Source of the DNA: Gammaproteobacteria bacterium
GTDB taxonomy: Bacteria; Pseudomonadota; Gammaproteobacteria; Eutrophobiales; Eutrophobiaceae
Direction of reading: 5' to 3'
Length of the DNA stretch: 64,000 nucleotides
Assembly: GCA_965215365.1 (NCBI GenBank)
Contig: CBDCDS010000003.1
Span: forward strand, 2,208,001 to 2,272,000
Positions 42,348 to 52,278 of this stretch are shown here, piece by piece (positions within the stretch are counted from its first letter, which is position 1; each line of letters starts with the position of its first letter). Made by a program: the position numbers and the translations under genes. Under the pieces are notes generated by a model. It was not told the DNA's origin. It worked only from the letters and a program-made list of their open reading frames with translations, and ran no database searches.

Positions 42348-43319
42348 TCAGGCAACGCGATCGCGTGGGGCCTCGCCCTGGAAAAATGCTTGCAGGTTCT
42401 CAACCACCCGCATCCCCATAGCAACCCGGGTTTCTCTGGAGGCGCTGCCGAGGTGCGGCAACAATACTACGTTCTGCATGGACAGGAGTTGTTCCGGCAG
42501 CACCGGCTCGTCTTCATATACGTCTAGGCCGGCGCCGGCAATGACACCTTGCTGCAGCGCCTCAATCAGGGCGGGCTGATCGATGACATCGCCGCGGGCG
42601 CTGTTGATCAGGAACGCGCCGGGCTTCATCAGCGCCAGACGTTCGGCGTTGAGCAAATGCCAGGTTTCCTTGCCGCCAGGACAGTGCAGCGACACAAAGT
42701 CCGCCTCTTGCAGCACCTCCTCAATGGAGGCGCGCGCGTGTGCCTGTAAGGCGTTGACCACCTCGGCCGGCGGCGGATAAGGGTCGGTAAAGATGATTTT
42801 CATACCGAAACCGTGGAATGCCCGTTGCGCCATGGCCCGGGCGATGCGGCCCATCCCGATCAGGCCCAGAGTCTTGCCGGTAACCTTGGCGCCCATCATG
42901 TGGGTCGGCCGCCAGCCGTGCCATTCCTTGTTACGCACATGCCGTTCGCCCTCCCCGGCGCGGCGCGCCGTCATCAGCAACAGGGTCATGGCAAGATCGG
43001 CAGTGCAGTCGGTCAGCACCTGCGGGGTATTAGTCACTACCAGGCCGCGTGATTTTGCGGCCTCCAGGTCGATGTGATTAAAACCGACGCCATAACTGCC
43101 GATAATGCGCGCGCGCAGGTTGTCCACGGCCAACACCTCGGCGCTGACGTTATCAGATACGGTGGGGCAGAACGCATCCGCGCCTTGCAGCGCCGCCTGC
43201 ATCTGCGCGGACGTCAGGGGCGTATCGGTCTCGTTCAGCTGTACCTCGAAGAGTTCCCCCATCCGGCGCTCGACTTCTTCCGGCCATTTACGACTGACTG
43301 TTACTTTGGGTCTGTTCAT
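42348..43319 (-). CDS. D-glycerate dehydrogenase / hydroxypyruvate reductase
   Basis: GVGFNHID, GLIGMGRI, INSARG, DVYEDEP, LPHLGSA; serine-cycle context. Confidence 0.9.
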   Translation of the reverse strand: MNRPKVTVSRKWPEEVERRMGELFEVQLNETDTPLTSAQMQAALQGADAFCPTVSDNVSAEVLAVDNLRARIIGSYGVGFNHIDLEAAKSRGLVVTNTPQVLTDCTADLAMTLLLMTARRAGEGERHVRNKEWHGWRPTHMMGAKVTGKTLGLIGMGRIARAMAQRAFHGFGMKIIFTDPYPPPAEVVNALQAHARASIEEVLQEADFVSLHCPGGKETWHLLNAERLALMKPGAFLINSARGDVIDQPALIEALQQGVIAGAGLDVYEDEPVLPEQLLSMQNVVLLPHLGSASRETRVAMGMRVVENLQAFFQGEAPRDRVA

Positions 43320-43342
43320 AACTATTTCCCCGATTCATACAT

Positions 43343-44230
43343 TTACAGTGATGCCAGCGCGGCCTTGACCGTACTGCCAAACTCGGACGGCCTGGGCACA
43401 ATGGTGACGCCGCATTCGTGCAGAATTTCCACCTTTTCCGCGGCGCTTTCGCCGAACGCGGAAATAATGGCGCCGGCGTGTCCCATGCGCTTGCCCTTGG
43501 GCGCGGTCAGCCCAGCGATGTATCCGATCACCGGCTTGCTCATGTTATCACGGTAAAACGCCGCGGCTTCGGCCTCCTGCGGCCCGCCGATCTCGCCGAT
43601 CATCACTACGGCATCGGTGTCCGAGTCCTGTTCAAACCGTGTTAAATGGTCTTTGAACGAGCTGCCGTTAATGGGGTCGCCGCCAATACCAACACTGGTA
43701 GAAACGCCGATGCCCTCGGCCTTCATCTGTGAGGCTGCTTCGTAGCCCAGGGTACCGGAGCGGCCGATCACCCCCACCCTGCCAGGGATATAGATATGAC
43801 CTGGCATAATGCCCAGCATCGCCTTGCCAGGGCTGATGGTGCCGGCGCAGTTGGGTCCGGTCAGCACCATTTTATCTTCCGCACGGTAGCGACGCATGTA
43901 GCGTTTTACCCGGATCATGTCGTGCGCGGGGATGCCGTCGGTGATACACACACAGTACTTTATCCCGGCATCAGCCGCTTCCATGATGCCATCTGCGGCA
44001 AATGGTGGCGGAATGAAGATGATGCTGCTGTCGGCGCCGGTCTCGGCCACTGCGTCTTTTACCGTGTCGAACACCGGCCGCTCTAGGTGAGTGGCGCCCC
44101 CCTTGCCCGGGGTGACGCCGCCAACGATGTTGGTGCCGTAATTGATCATGTCGCGGGAATGAAACGTCCCGATCTGGCCGGTAAAGCCCTGGACGATGAC
44201 TTTCGAGCTTGCGTTTATCAGGATTGCCAT
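43343..44230 (-). CDS. mtkB: Malate-CoA ligase alpha subunit (SucD-like)
   Basis: VIVQGFTG, GPNCAG, RSGTLGYE, MGHAGA; adjacent to mtkA and mcl. Confidence 0.85.
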   Translation of the reverse strand: MAILINASSKVIVQGFTGQIGTFHSRDMINYGTNIVGGVTPGKGGATHLERPVFDTVKDAVAETGADSSIIFIPPPFAADGIMEAADAGIKYCVCITDGIPAHDMIRVKRYMRRYRAEDKMVLTGPNCAGTISPGKAMLGIMPGHIYIPGRVGVIGRSGTLGYEAASQMKAEGIGVSTSVGIGGDPINGSSFKDHLTRFEQDSDTDAVVMIGEIGGPQEAEAAAFYRDNMSKPVIGYIAGLTAPKGKRMGHAGAIISAFGESAAEKVEILHECGVTIVPRPSEFGSTVKAALASL

Positions 44231-45417
44231 TATTGTTCTCCCTGGTTACGCTCGTAGTCCTGCCAGGCGGCGACCGCGTGGTCTGCGGCCTGCTGCAAGG
44301 TGTCCGCCATGATGATGGGCAACTCGCTGTTGCGCAATATCTCCTTGCCCTCCTCCACATTGGTGCCGGACAGCCGGACGATGACGGGCAGCTTGACCTT
44401 TATCCTGCTTAGCGCCTGCACGATGCCTTGCGCCACCCAGTCGCAACGGTTGATGCCGGCAAAGATATTTACCAGTATCGCTCTGACGTTGTTGTCGCTG
44501 AGCACCAGGTTAATGGCCTTTGCCACCCGCTCCGGAGAGGCGCCGCCGCCGATGTCCAGAAAGTTGGCCGGTTCGCCGCCGGCGTGCTTGATCATGTCCA
44601 TGGTTGCCATGGCCAGACCGGCGCCATTGATGATGCAACCGATATTGCCCGCCAGACCGACATAGCTCAGCCCTCGGTCGGCAGCCTTCATCTCGCGTGC
44701 ATCCTCCTGGGATTTATCGCGCAACTCGGAAAGGTTCGGGCGTCGAAACAGCGCATTGTCATCAAACCCCATTTTCGCGTCTAGCGCCACCAGATGGTTA
44801 TCTGCGGTCACTACCAGCGGGTTAATCTCCACCATGGTGGCATCGAGATCGCGAAATGCCCGGTAGCAGCCCAGCAAGGTGGTAATGGCTTGACTGAGCA
44901 AGGCCTTGTCGATACCCAGTTTGAACGCGATCTCGCGGGCCTGGAACGGTTGCATGCCCACCGCCGGCTCAACCACGACGCGAATCAGCGACTCCGGCCG
45001 TTGCTGGGCAATTTCCTCAATCTCCACGCCGCCCTCCGCTGAGGCAACCACGGCAATCCGTTCCTGCTGCCGGTCCAGTACGAAGCCGACGTAATACTCG
45101 TTGGAAATGTCGCGGGCTTCTTCCACGTACAACCGATGAATGATCTTGCCGGCGCTGCCGGTCTGGTGGGTGCTCAAGCGACGCCCCAGCAGTTCGTCGG
45201 CAGCCTGCCAGATCTCCTCGTCGTCCCGACCGAACCTGATGCCACCGGCCTTGCCGCGCCCGCCCGAGTGAATCTGCGCCTTGACCACCCAGGCGTCACC
45301 GCCGATCTCATGGCAGCGATACACCGCTTGCTCCGGGCTGTATGCCAGCCCCCCGCGCGGGATCGGCACACCGAAATCGGACAGGATCTCTTTGGCCTGA
45401 TATTCGTGAATTTCCAT
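44230..45417 (-). CDS. mtkA: Malate-CoA ligase beta subunit
   Basis: [24 protein letters not shown]; [11 protein letters not shown] variant typical of MtkA. Confidence 0.88.
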   Translation of the reverse strand: MEIHEYQAKEILSDFGVPIPRGGLAYSPEQAVYRCHEIGGDAWVVKAQIHSGGRGKAGGIRFGRDDEEIWQAADELLGRRLSTHQTGSAGKIIHRLYVEEARDISNEYYVGFVLDRQQERIAVVASAEGGVEIEEIAQQRPESLIRVVVEPAVGMQPFQAREIAFKLGIDKALLSQAITTLLGCYRAFRDLDATMVEINPLVVTADNHLVALDAKMGFDDNALFRRPNLSELRDKSQEDAREMKAADRGLSYVGLAGNIGCIINGAGLAMATMDMIKHAGGEPANFLDIGGGASPERVAKAINLVLSDNNVRAILVNIFAGINRCDWVAQGIVQALSRIKVKLPVIVRLSGTNVEEGKEILRNSELPIIMADTLQQAADHAVAAWQDYERNQGEQ

Positions 45418-45428
45418 TGGTTGTCACC

Positions 45429-46373
45429 TCATTGGTTTATCAATTCCGCCTGACGCACGATATTTTCTGCCATGCGTTCCGAGGCGGCGTCAATCATCTT
45501 GCCGTCCAGTTGTGCCGCGCCCTTGCCTTGCCGGGCGGCTTCCTGCAAGGCTGCCAGTACCCGCCGGGCGCGGGTAATTTCCGCCTGTGGCGGCGACATG
45601 ATCTCGTTAGCCAGTGCGATCTGGTTGGGGTGTATCGCCCATTTGCCTTCATACCCCAGCGCCGCCGCGCGCCGCGCCGCCGCGCGGTAGCCCGCGACGT
45701 CATTGAAGTCCCCAAACGGCCCGTCAATGGCGCGCAGGCCGCAGGCCCGGCAGGCTGTTACCATGTTCACTAGGGCACTGTGCCACTGGTCACCTAGGGC
45801 ACCGTCACACTGGTAGTCGGGGTTGAGCCCGCCGATGTTCACGGTACGCGCGCGCAGACTGGCGGCGTAGTCTGCCACGCCGAAGTGCAGGGCTTCGAGA
45901 CGCGGGGAGGATTGCGCAATGGCCATGACGTTGGCCCCGCCCAGCGCGGTTTCAATCAGGCACTCTATGCCGATTTTCTTTTCCAGCCCCATGGCCTGTT
46001 CAATCTGTGTCAACAGGCAGTCCACCATATACACATCCGCAGCCGTGCCGGCCTTGGGAATAAGCACGGTGTCGAGCCGCGCCCCGGCCTGCTCGACGAT
46101 GTCCACCACATCCCGGTACATATAATGGGTATCCAGACCATTGATACGCACTGACAGGGTTTTGCCCTGCCAGTCAATATCGTTCAGCGCGGCGATGATG
46201 TTCTTGCGGGCCTGGGGCTTGTCATCGGGGATAACTGCGTCCTCACAATCCAGAAAGATGTAATCCGCGGCGGAGGCGGCTGCCTTCTCGAACATGCCGG
46301 GGTTGGAGCCAGGCACCGCCAGTTCGCTGCGCTGCAAGCGGGTGGGCGCCGACGGATACCGGGCAAAACTCAT
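45429..46373 (-). CDS. mcl: Malyl-CoA lyase (CitE family)
   Basis: RSELAVPGSNP, LDCEDAV, VRINGLDT, IDGPFGDF, GKWAIHP. Confidence 0.88.
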   Translation of the reverse strand: MSFARYPSAPTRLQRSELAVPGSNPGMFEKAAASAADYIFLDCEDAVIPDDKPQARKNIIAALNDIDWQGKTLSVRINGLDTHYMYRDVVDIVEQAGARLDTVLIPKAGTAADVYMVDCLLTQIEQAMGLEKKIGIECLIETALGGANVMAIAQSSPRLEALHFGVADYAASLRARTVNIGGLNPDYQCDGALGDQWHSALVNMVTACRACGLRAIDGPFGDFNDVAGYRAAARRAAALGYEGKWAIHPNQIALANEIMSPPQAEITRARRVLAALQEAARQGKGAAQLDGKMIDAASERMAENIVRQAELINQ

Positions 46374-47551
46374 CAGAACCGCGCCTGACGGGTGTTGCGC
46401 AGATATTCCTGGGCGGCAGCCACGCCGCTGCCCAATTCGATATTGATACCCAGGTCTTTCATGGACATCTCGGCCGCGTTCAACGGGGTCAGCACCATCA
46501 CCTCATTCAAATCACCTAGGTGGCCGATGCGGAATGCCTGCCCGGCGATCTTGCCGAGGCTGATGGACAGGGCCACATTATAATACTGGTAGCTGTGGCG
46601 CGCGACCTCATTGCCATCGAAGCCGGCCGGCACCCGCACCGCGCTGACCGTATCGGAATACCAGTTCTCATCCTTTGCAACCAGAGACAGGTCCCAGGCC
46701 GCCACCGCCTTGCGTACTGCCACGGCCAGACGGGTATGACGGGCAAATACGTTCTCCAACCCTTCCTCCAGCAGCATATTGACGGATTCCCGTAGCCCCC
46801 GCAGATAGATGGTATTGGGGGTATAGGGGAAATAGCCGTGGTCATTTGCGGCAATCATGTCGTCGAACGAGAAATAGGTGCGCGGCAGGGTGGCGGCGGC
46901 GCGTGCGGACAGGGCTTTTTCACTGACGCCGAGGATGCCCAGCCCGGTGGGTAACATAAAGCCTTTCTGCGAGCCGGATACCGCCAGGTCCACGCCCCAC
47001 TCATCCATGCGGAAGTCCAGGCTGGCCAGGGAGCTCACCGCGTCCACGTACAACAAGGCCGGATGGTCAGCCTCATCCAGGGCTTTGCGCACACCGGCAA
47101 TATCGCTCCTGACTCCGGTCGCCGTTTCATTATGAGTGGCAAATACCGCCTTGATCTCCCTGTTGGTATCAGCCTTGAGAATCTCGGCATAGCGCGCCAC
47201 CGGCACACCCTCACCCCAGTCCAGCTCGATAGCGTTCACGTCCAGGCCGTGGCGCCGGCACATATTCACCCACAACTGGCTGAACTGGCCGAAATGTGAC
47301 ATCAGCACCTTGTCACCGGCTGACAGGGTATTACTGATAGCGGCCTCCCAGGCGCCGGTGCCGGATGAAGAAAAGATGAAAATCCGCCCCGTTTCGGTCT
47401 TGAAGATCTGTTTCAGGTCGTTGAACAACGGCAGGGTGAATTCAGGAAAATCCACCGCGCGCATATCCTCCTGCTCTATCGCCATGGCATTGCGAATGCG
47501 CTGGGGCACAAGCGTGGGACCGGGTAGGTGCAAAAAATTTCGACCGGGCAT
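46373..47551 (-). CDS. sgaA: Serine-glyoxylate aminotransferase
   Basis: PGPT, SSGTGAWEAA, HNETATGV, DAVSS, PLP lysine in GSQKG. Confidence 0.9.
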   Translation of the reverse strand: MPGRNFLHLPGPTLVPQRIRNAMAIEQEDMRAVDFPEFTLPLFNDLKQIFKTETGRIFIFSSSGTGAWEAAISNTLSAGDKVLMSHFGQFSQLWVNMCRRHGLDVNAIELDWGEGVPVARYAEILKADTNREIKAVFATHNETATGVRSDIAGVRKALDEADHPALLYVDAVSSLASLDFRMDEWGVDLAVSGSQKGFMLPTGLGILGVSEKALSARAAATLPRTYFSFDDMIAANDHGYFPYTPNTIYLRGLRESVNMLLEEGLENVFARHTRLAVAVRKAVAAWDLSLVAKDENWYSDTVSAVRVPAGFDGNEVARHSYQYYNVALSISLGKIAGQAFRIGHLGDLNEVMVLTPLNAAEMSMKDLGINIELGSGVAAAQEYLRNTRQARF

Positions 47552-47604
47552 AGTCACTCTCCAAGTATCAATATAAGGTAACCTCGTGTAACAGAGGTGA
47601 GCAT

Positions 47605-47628
47605 AAAAAAGTCGCCGGGCTGGGCGAC
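47605..47628 (-). terminator. Intrinsic terminator just upstream of sgaA
   Basis: Minus strand GTCGCC-CAGCCC-GGCGAC followed by TTTTTT. Confidence 0.7.
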
Positions 47629-47634
47629 GCACGA

Positions 47635-47830
47635 GGCGTTCGCTGAAAGTATTGGGGGCAGGTTCAAGGGCAAGAAATACCACCTTCCGCAAGGTCATCC
47701 CAAAATACCACCACCCGACAAACCACTTTGTCGTTGAACACGGGATTTCCAGGGCATCACCCTCGGCAAGCCATGGGCCGGCGCTACCTTGCCGGCTCCA
47801 CGAGATTAGTCAGCTTATCTCAGCGAGGCC
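47635..47830 (-). ncRNA. Candidate structured RNA (sRNA or attenuating leader); family not identified
   Basis: Closing stem TCGCTGA/TCAGCGA enclosing several hairpins; followed by a terminator. Confidence 0.4.
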
Positions 47831-48062
47831 TTTTATGCAACCGTTATTTTTGCCTGTTTCCCGGCTATGTTGACGGACTTGTAACAGCCCCGCTAGGTGT
47901 TGGCATTTTTGCGCTCCCGGCTCCGGCACTGAGCGGGTGCTGTTTTGTGGTATTTTTATTCACCTTAAAACTTAATAAATGCTTACAAATTTCACTTTTT
48001 GATTTCATTTTTTAATTAAAACTCGTATAATAATCGGCGGCTCAAGCCGAAGAATCCGTATT

Positions 48063-49214
48063 ATGTTCAAAAGACTCATTAAAAAACCACTGGAACCACG
48101 CAAGAGCTTTTTTCTCTTTGGCCCCAGAGGTACCGGCAAAACCACCTGGTTGAAACACCATCTGCCTGAGGCGCTGTTCATCAACCTGCTTCAGTCCGAA
48201 TTCTATAATCGCCTGTCTGCGAACCCGGGATATCTCAGGGAGCTCATTCCTCCCGGTCACGCAGAACGGGTGATTATCGACGAAGTACAGCGCATCCCGG
48301 CGCTGCTGAACGAAGTACATGATCTGATCGAATCAAGCAAGCTGAACTTTGTGCTGACCGGTTCAAGCGCAAGAGCGTTACGGCGCAAAGGGGTCAACCT
48401 GCTGGCCGGCCGCGCTCTGACATATTTCATGCACCCATTGACGGTAACAGAACAGCAGGACGCATTCGCTCTGCGCAACTCCATACAATTCGGGCACCTG
48501 CCGGCTCGGTTCAGCGAGGGCAATCCCGGCAAATATCTCAAGGACTATGTGCAAACCTACCTCAGGGAAGAAGTCATGCAAGAAGGACTCACACGCAACA
48601 TCGGCCATTTTTCCCGATTTTTGGAGGTAGCCAGCTTCTCCCAAGGAGCTATCGTCAATATCAGCAATACTGCACGTGAGGCACAAGTCGCGCGGCCGGT
48701 TGCCGAGAACTATTTCTCCATACTGGAGGACTTGCTGTTAGCCGTGCGCCTGCCGGTATTCAGTCGTAAGGCAAAGCGGCAGCTCACCACACACAGAAAA
48801 TTTTATTTTTTCGATGCCGGCGTGTTCCGGGCGATCCGACCCAGCGGCCCGCTGGACTCCGATGCCGAACTGGACGGCCCCGCATTGGAGACACTGGTAC
48901 TGCAGGAACTTAGTGCGCTGAATGATTATCTCGGCTGCGAATACGGGATCTATTACTGGCACACGCGCACCAACCTGGAAATCGACTTTGTCCTGTACGG
49001 CCGGCGCGGGCTGCTGGCCATTGAGGTGAAACGCTCCCCACAAGTCCAGCTCAAACAAACGCGAGCATTGCGGGAATTCAAAAAAGATTATCCTCCCGCC
49101 CGTTGTTACCTGTTCTACGGCGGGACTGTCCCCCAGTACCTTGAAGATATCACCATCCTGCCCATCGACTACGCCCTGAAAAATCTCGGGCAGATACTGA
49201 CCGGCGACAAGTGA
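48063..49214 (+). CDS. AAA_14 ATPase with DUF4143 and a C-terminal PD-(D/E)xK-like motif
   Basis: Walker A GPRGTGKT, IIDEVQ, TGSSAR, LAGRA, KFYFFDAG, EIDFV...IEVK. Confidence 0.88.
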   Translation: MFKRLIKKPLEPRKSFFLFGPRGTGKTTWLKHHLPEALFINLLQSEFYNRLSANPGYLRELIPPGHAERVIIDEVQRIPALLNEVHDLIESSKLNFVLTGSSARALRRKGVNLLAGRALTYFMHPLTVTEQQDAFALRNSIQFGHLPARFSEGNPGKYLKDYVQTYLREEVMQEGLTRNIGHFSRFLEVASFSQGAIVNISNTAREAQVARPVAENYFSILEDLLLAVRLPVFSRKAKRQLTTHRKFYFFDAGVFRAIRPSGPLDSDAELDGPALETLVLQELSALNDYLGCEYGIYYWHTRTNLEIDFVLYGRRGLLAIEVKRSPQVQLKQTRALREFKKDYPPARCYLFYGGTVPQYLEDITILPIDYALKNLGQILTGDK

Positions 49215-49356
49215 AAAGGCAAGTTTGCCCCGGCATGCCGTCAGCCGCGGACGAAGCGTCCCTCCTTGGACGCAACCCTTCGGGCCGCTATCGCTGTGCC
49301 AATCGGCTATCCTGCCGATGGGTCATTTTCAAGCACTGACGTGCTTGCGGTTACTG

Positions 49357-49409
49357 GCAGCACATCCCTGTGCTGCACGGTCACCTCGTGTTTGTGAGAG
49401 GTGACCTTA
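49357..49409. repeat. Dispersed double-hairpin repeat
   Basis: GCAGCAC-ATCCCT-GTGCTGC followed by GGTCACCTC-GTGTTTGTGA-GAGGTGACC. Confidence 0.8.
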
Positions 49410-49411
49410 TC

Positions 49412-49468
49412 TTGACAGTATGTGAAACTCCTGTTTTAATGTTGTTTATCTTACTTTCAAAGTTAGAT
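49412..49468 (+). promoter_or_regulatory. Sigma70 promoter and palindromic operator of an ATPase gene
   Basis: TTGACA-17 nt-TTTAAT; imperfect palindrome ATCTTACTTTCAAAGTTAGAT abutting the ATG. Confidence 0.6.
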
Positions 49469-50638
49469 ATGCAACATAAAATAACACGAACAAACCTCCT
49501 CTCTGCGGTTACTAGGAACCTGTCCGAGGCACCGGTGGTAGCCTTGTTGGGCGCGCGACAAACAGGCAAGACCACCCTCGCCGGTCAGGTGGCTGAGGTA
49601 TGGCCCGGTCCATCCACGGTTTTTGACCTGGAGGTCACTGCGACCCGGACAGCATTGTCCATGACGCCTGAGAAACTGCTGCGTGAGTGCGAAGGTCTGG
49701 TTATTCTTGACGAAGTGCAACGAATGCCGGCGCTTTTTGAAATACTCCGGCCAATCTGTGACAATCAAAACCAAAAAGCAGTCTTTCTGTTGCTGGGTAG
49801 CGCCTCTTTGGACCTGATCAAAGGGGTATCCGAAACATTGGCCGGACGGATTCTCTTTGTGGACGTGGGCGGCTTCTCACTGGCCGAGGCAGGCACACAA
49901 AACCAGGACAGCCTGTGGCTGCGGGGTGGCTTTCCACGAGCCTGGCTGGCGCCATCAACGCCGGCGTGGGCACGCTGGATGCAGTCGTTTACGCGCACGT
50001 TTCTGGAACGTGATATTCCCGGGCTGGGTTCGAAAGTGTCTCCTGAGGCGCTAGGCCGCTTCTGGAGGATGCTGGCACACTATCACGGACAAACCTGGAA
50101 CGCGGCGGAGGTAGGACGCTCAATGGATGTGAGCATTACTGCAGTGAACCACTACCGTGACCTGCTGACAGGTTCTTTCATGCTGCGCATTCTGCCACCA
50201 TGGTATGAAAGGCTGGGCAAGCGCCTAATCAAGGCCCCCAAAGTATTCCTGCGTGACAGTGGCATCCTGCACTTCCTGCTGGGACTGGAAGACATGCAGG
50301 AATTGCAGCTGCACCCGCGCTATGGCGCTAGTTGGGAAGGGTTCGCCCTGGAGCAGACGCTTATGGCGCATGGTCAACGCGAGGCTTATTTCTATAGGAC
50401 GCAGCGCGGCGCCGAACTGGACCTGATGTTGCTACGGCGAGGCCGGCGCTGGGGCTTTGAATTCAAATGCACCGATGCCCCGCGCACAACGAAGTCCATG
50501 CATGGGGTCATCGAAGACCTGGGGTTGGAGCGCTTGTGGGTAGTCTATCCCGGTGAGCAGGAATATCCCCTCACTGACACCATCAGCGCCCTGCCATTGA
50601 AAAAAATACACGACATCGAACTGCGGCCGACGCTGTGA
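49469..50638 (+). CDS. AAA_14 ATPase with DUF4143
   Basis: GARQTGKT, ILDEVQ, LGSAS, ETLAGR, RGGFP, KVFLRDSG, ELDL...FEFK. Confidence 0.88.
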   Translation: MQHKITRTNLLSAVTRNLSEAPVVALLGARQTGKTTLAGQVAEVWPGPSTVFDLEVTATRTALSMTPEKLLRECEGLVILDEVQRMPALFEILRPICDNQNQKAVFLLLGSASLDLIKGVSETLAGRILFVDVGGFSLAEAGTQNQDSLWLRGGFPRAWLAPSTPAWARWMQSFTRTFLERDIPGLGSKVSPEALGRFWRMLAHYHGQTWNAAEVGRSMDVSITAVNHYRDLLTGSFMLRILPPWYERLGKRLIKAPKVFLRDSGILHFLLGLEDMQELQLHPRYGASWEGFALEQTLMAHGQREAYFYRTQRGAELDLMLLRRGRRWGFEFKCTDAPRTTKSMHGVIEDLGLERLWVVYPGEQEYPLTDTISALPLKKIHDIELRPTL

Positions 50639-50830
50639 AAACTGCCACGGAGGGCATTTTTGCTATGTAAATTTACTGCCCCTGCCTATTCACGTCCCTG
50701 TGGCTGGATACCGGCCAACCCCTGGCCGGGGAGCCGGCCCCGGCATGTCGTCAGCCGGGGACGAACAACGGGCTTTACATACCGGCGGGGTGTGCAGGGC
50801 ACTGAGCACGAGGGTTTAGAGGTGGCCTTA
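50638..50830. repeat. MITE-like repeat with GGA-loop hairpins
   Basis: Homologous to 32953-33060; internal CCCCGGCATGnCGTCAGCCGnGGACGAA also at ~49228. Confidence 0.7.
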
Positions 50831-51442
50831 TGCACACGCGTGCGCCTCTTTCATCAACTCTGCCAGCTGGCGCAGTGCCTGCCCCCTGTGGCTGATGGAA
50901 TGCTTTACCGTTGGTGCCAGCTGAGCCGAGGTGCACCCCTGCTCCGGCACGTAAAACACCGGGTCATACCCGAACCCGTTGGCGCCGACCGGCGCAGCCG
51001 TGATATACCCTTCCCAAACTCCGTGCGCAAGTAGCGGTTCAGGGTCATGGGCCTCACGCACATAAGCGATGACACAGCGAAATCTGGCCGGCGGCTGGCG
51101 CACGCCGGTCGCGGCAATATTACGCAACAGCAGTTCCAGGTTAGCTGCGTCCGAGGCACCCACGCCGGCGTAGCGCGCCGAATAAATGCCGGGGGCACCG
51201 CCTAGCGCGTCCACTTCGATGCCGGAATCATCGGCAATGACCGGGCGCTGTGCATGAGCTGCGCCGTGACGCGCCTTCAACAATGCGTTTTCCACAAAGC
51301 TGGCGCCGGTTTCCGCCACGGGCGGTACGGCAAACACCGACTGCGGCAACACCTGCACGTCATAGGCGGCGAACATCCGGGAAAATTCCTGCAGCTTGCC
51401 CGGATTGGCGCTGGCTACCACAATTTCCTTATTGCTCAGCAA
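50828..51442 (-). CDS. rdgB: Non-canonical purine NTP pyrophosphatase (start uncertain)
   Basis: [35 protein letters not shown]. Confidence 0.95.
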   Translation of the reverse strand: MLSNKEIVVASANPGKLQEFSRMFAAYDVQVLPQSVFAVPPVAETGASFVENALLKARHGAAHAQRPVIADDSGIEVDALGGAPGIYSARYAGVGASDAANLELLLRNIAATGVRQPPARFRCVIAYVREAHDPEPLLAHGVWEGYITAAPVGANGFGYDPVFYVPEQGCTSAQLAPTVKHSISHRGQALRQLAELMKEAHACA

Positions 51443-52148
51443 GCGCAGCTGCCTGCAAGGACAACAATCTGTCAATGCCGTGCCGGGCCAGCGCCAGCAT
51501 TTGCTCCAGTTCCGCGAACGTGAACGGACGGCGCTCGGCGGTGCCCTGTACCTCGATCAGCTCGCCTTGGCCATTCATCACCACGTTCATGTCGGTCTGT
51601 GCGCCGGAATCCTCCAGATAATCCAGGTCCAATATCGGGGTGCCGGCAACGATACCGACGGAAACCGAAGCCAGTGCGGCCCGCACCGGGTCGGTCTTGA
51701 TTTTCCCTTGCGCCAGCAGCTGACGCACGGCGTCCACCAGCGCCACGTAAGCGCCGGTGATGGCGGCGGTGCGAGTGCCGCCATCGGCCTGCAGCACGTC
51801 ACAGTCAAGGATAATCGTATTCTCGCCCAGGGCAGTCAAATCCACGACTGCCCGCAGGCTGCGTCCAATCAATCTCTGTATCTCCAGAGTACGCCCGCCC
51901 GGCCTGTTCTGGCCCGCTTCGCGCCGCATGCGTTTATCCGTGGAGCGGGGCAACATACCGTATTCAGCCGTCACCCAACCTTTCCCTCCGCCTCGCAGGA
52001 AATGCGGCACGGTATCGTCAAAACTGGCATTGCACAGCACCCGGGTACGGCCAAACTCGACCAGCACCGAGCCTTCCGCATGGCAGGTATAAGCCCTGCT
52101 CAGGCACACTTCTCTCAGTTCATCACAGGCGCGTCCACTGGGGCGCAT
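51429..52148 (-). CDS. rph: Ribonuclease PH
   Basis: MRPSGR...[14 protein letters not shown]...[14 protein letters not shown]. Confidence 0.97.
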   Translation of the reverse strand: MRPSGRACDELREVCLSRAYTCHAEGSVLVEFGRTRVLCNASFDDTVPHFLRGGGKGWVTAEYGMLPRSTDKRMRREAGQNRPGGRTLEIQRLIGRSLRAVVDLTALGENTIILDCDVLQADGGTRTAAITGAYVALVDAVRQLLAQGKIKTDPVRAALASVSVGIVAGTPILDLDYLEDSGAQTDMNVVMNGQGELIEVQGTAERRPFTFAELEQMLALARHGIDRLLSLQAAALAEQ

Positions 52149-52278
52149 GATTCTCCTCCGCAATCGGGTCCGGATAACCATTATAGCCTGTTCGCTGCCG
52201 CTATTGCGACGAATGACGAATTCCATTCGGACATGGTATGATGGCGCTTCCTGAAGTCGCTACAGGAGGAGAATTGAA

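Noticed and set aside
43343-45417. sucCD (TCA succinyl-CoA synthetase)
   Set aside because: Context with mcl, sgaA and hpr and the FAGINRCDW motif favour malate-CoA ligase MtkAB.
47635-47830. 6S RNA, glycine or ZTP riboswitch assignment
   Set aside because: CCTTGAACC and GAGCC are present, but the complementary GGTTCAAGG partner and rod structure of 6S are missing on the same strand; glycine and ZTP consensus motifs were not found.
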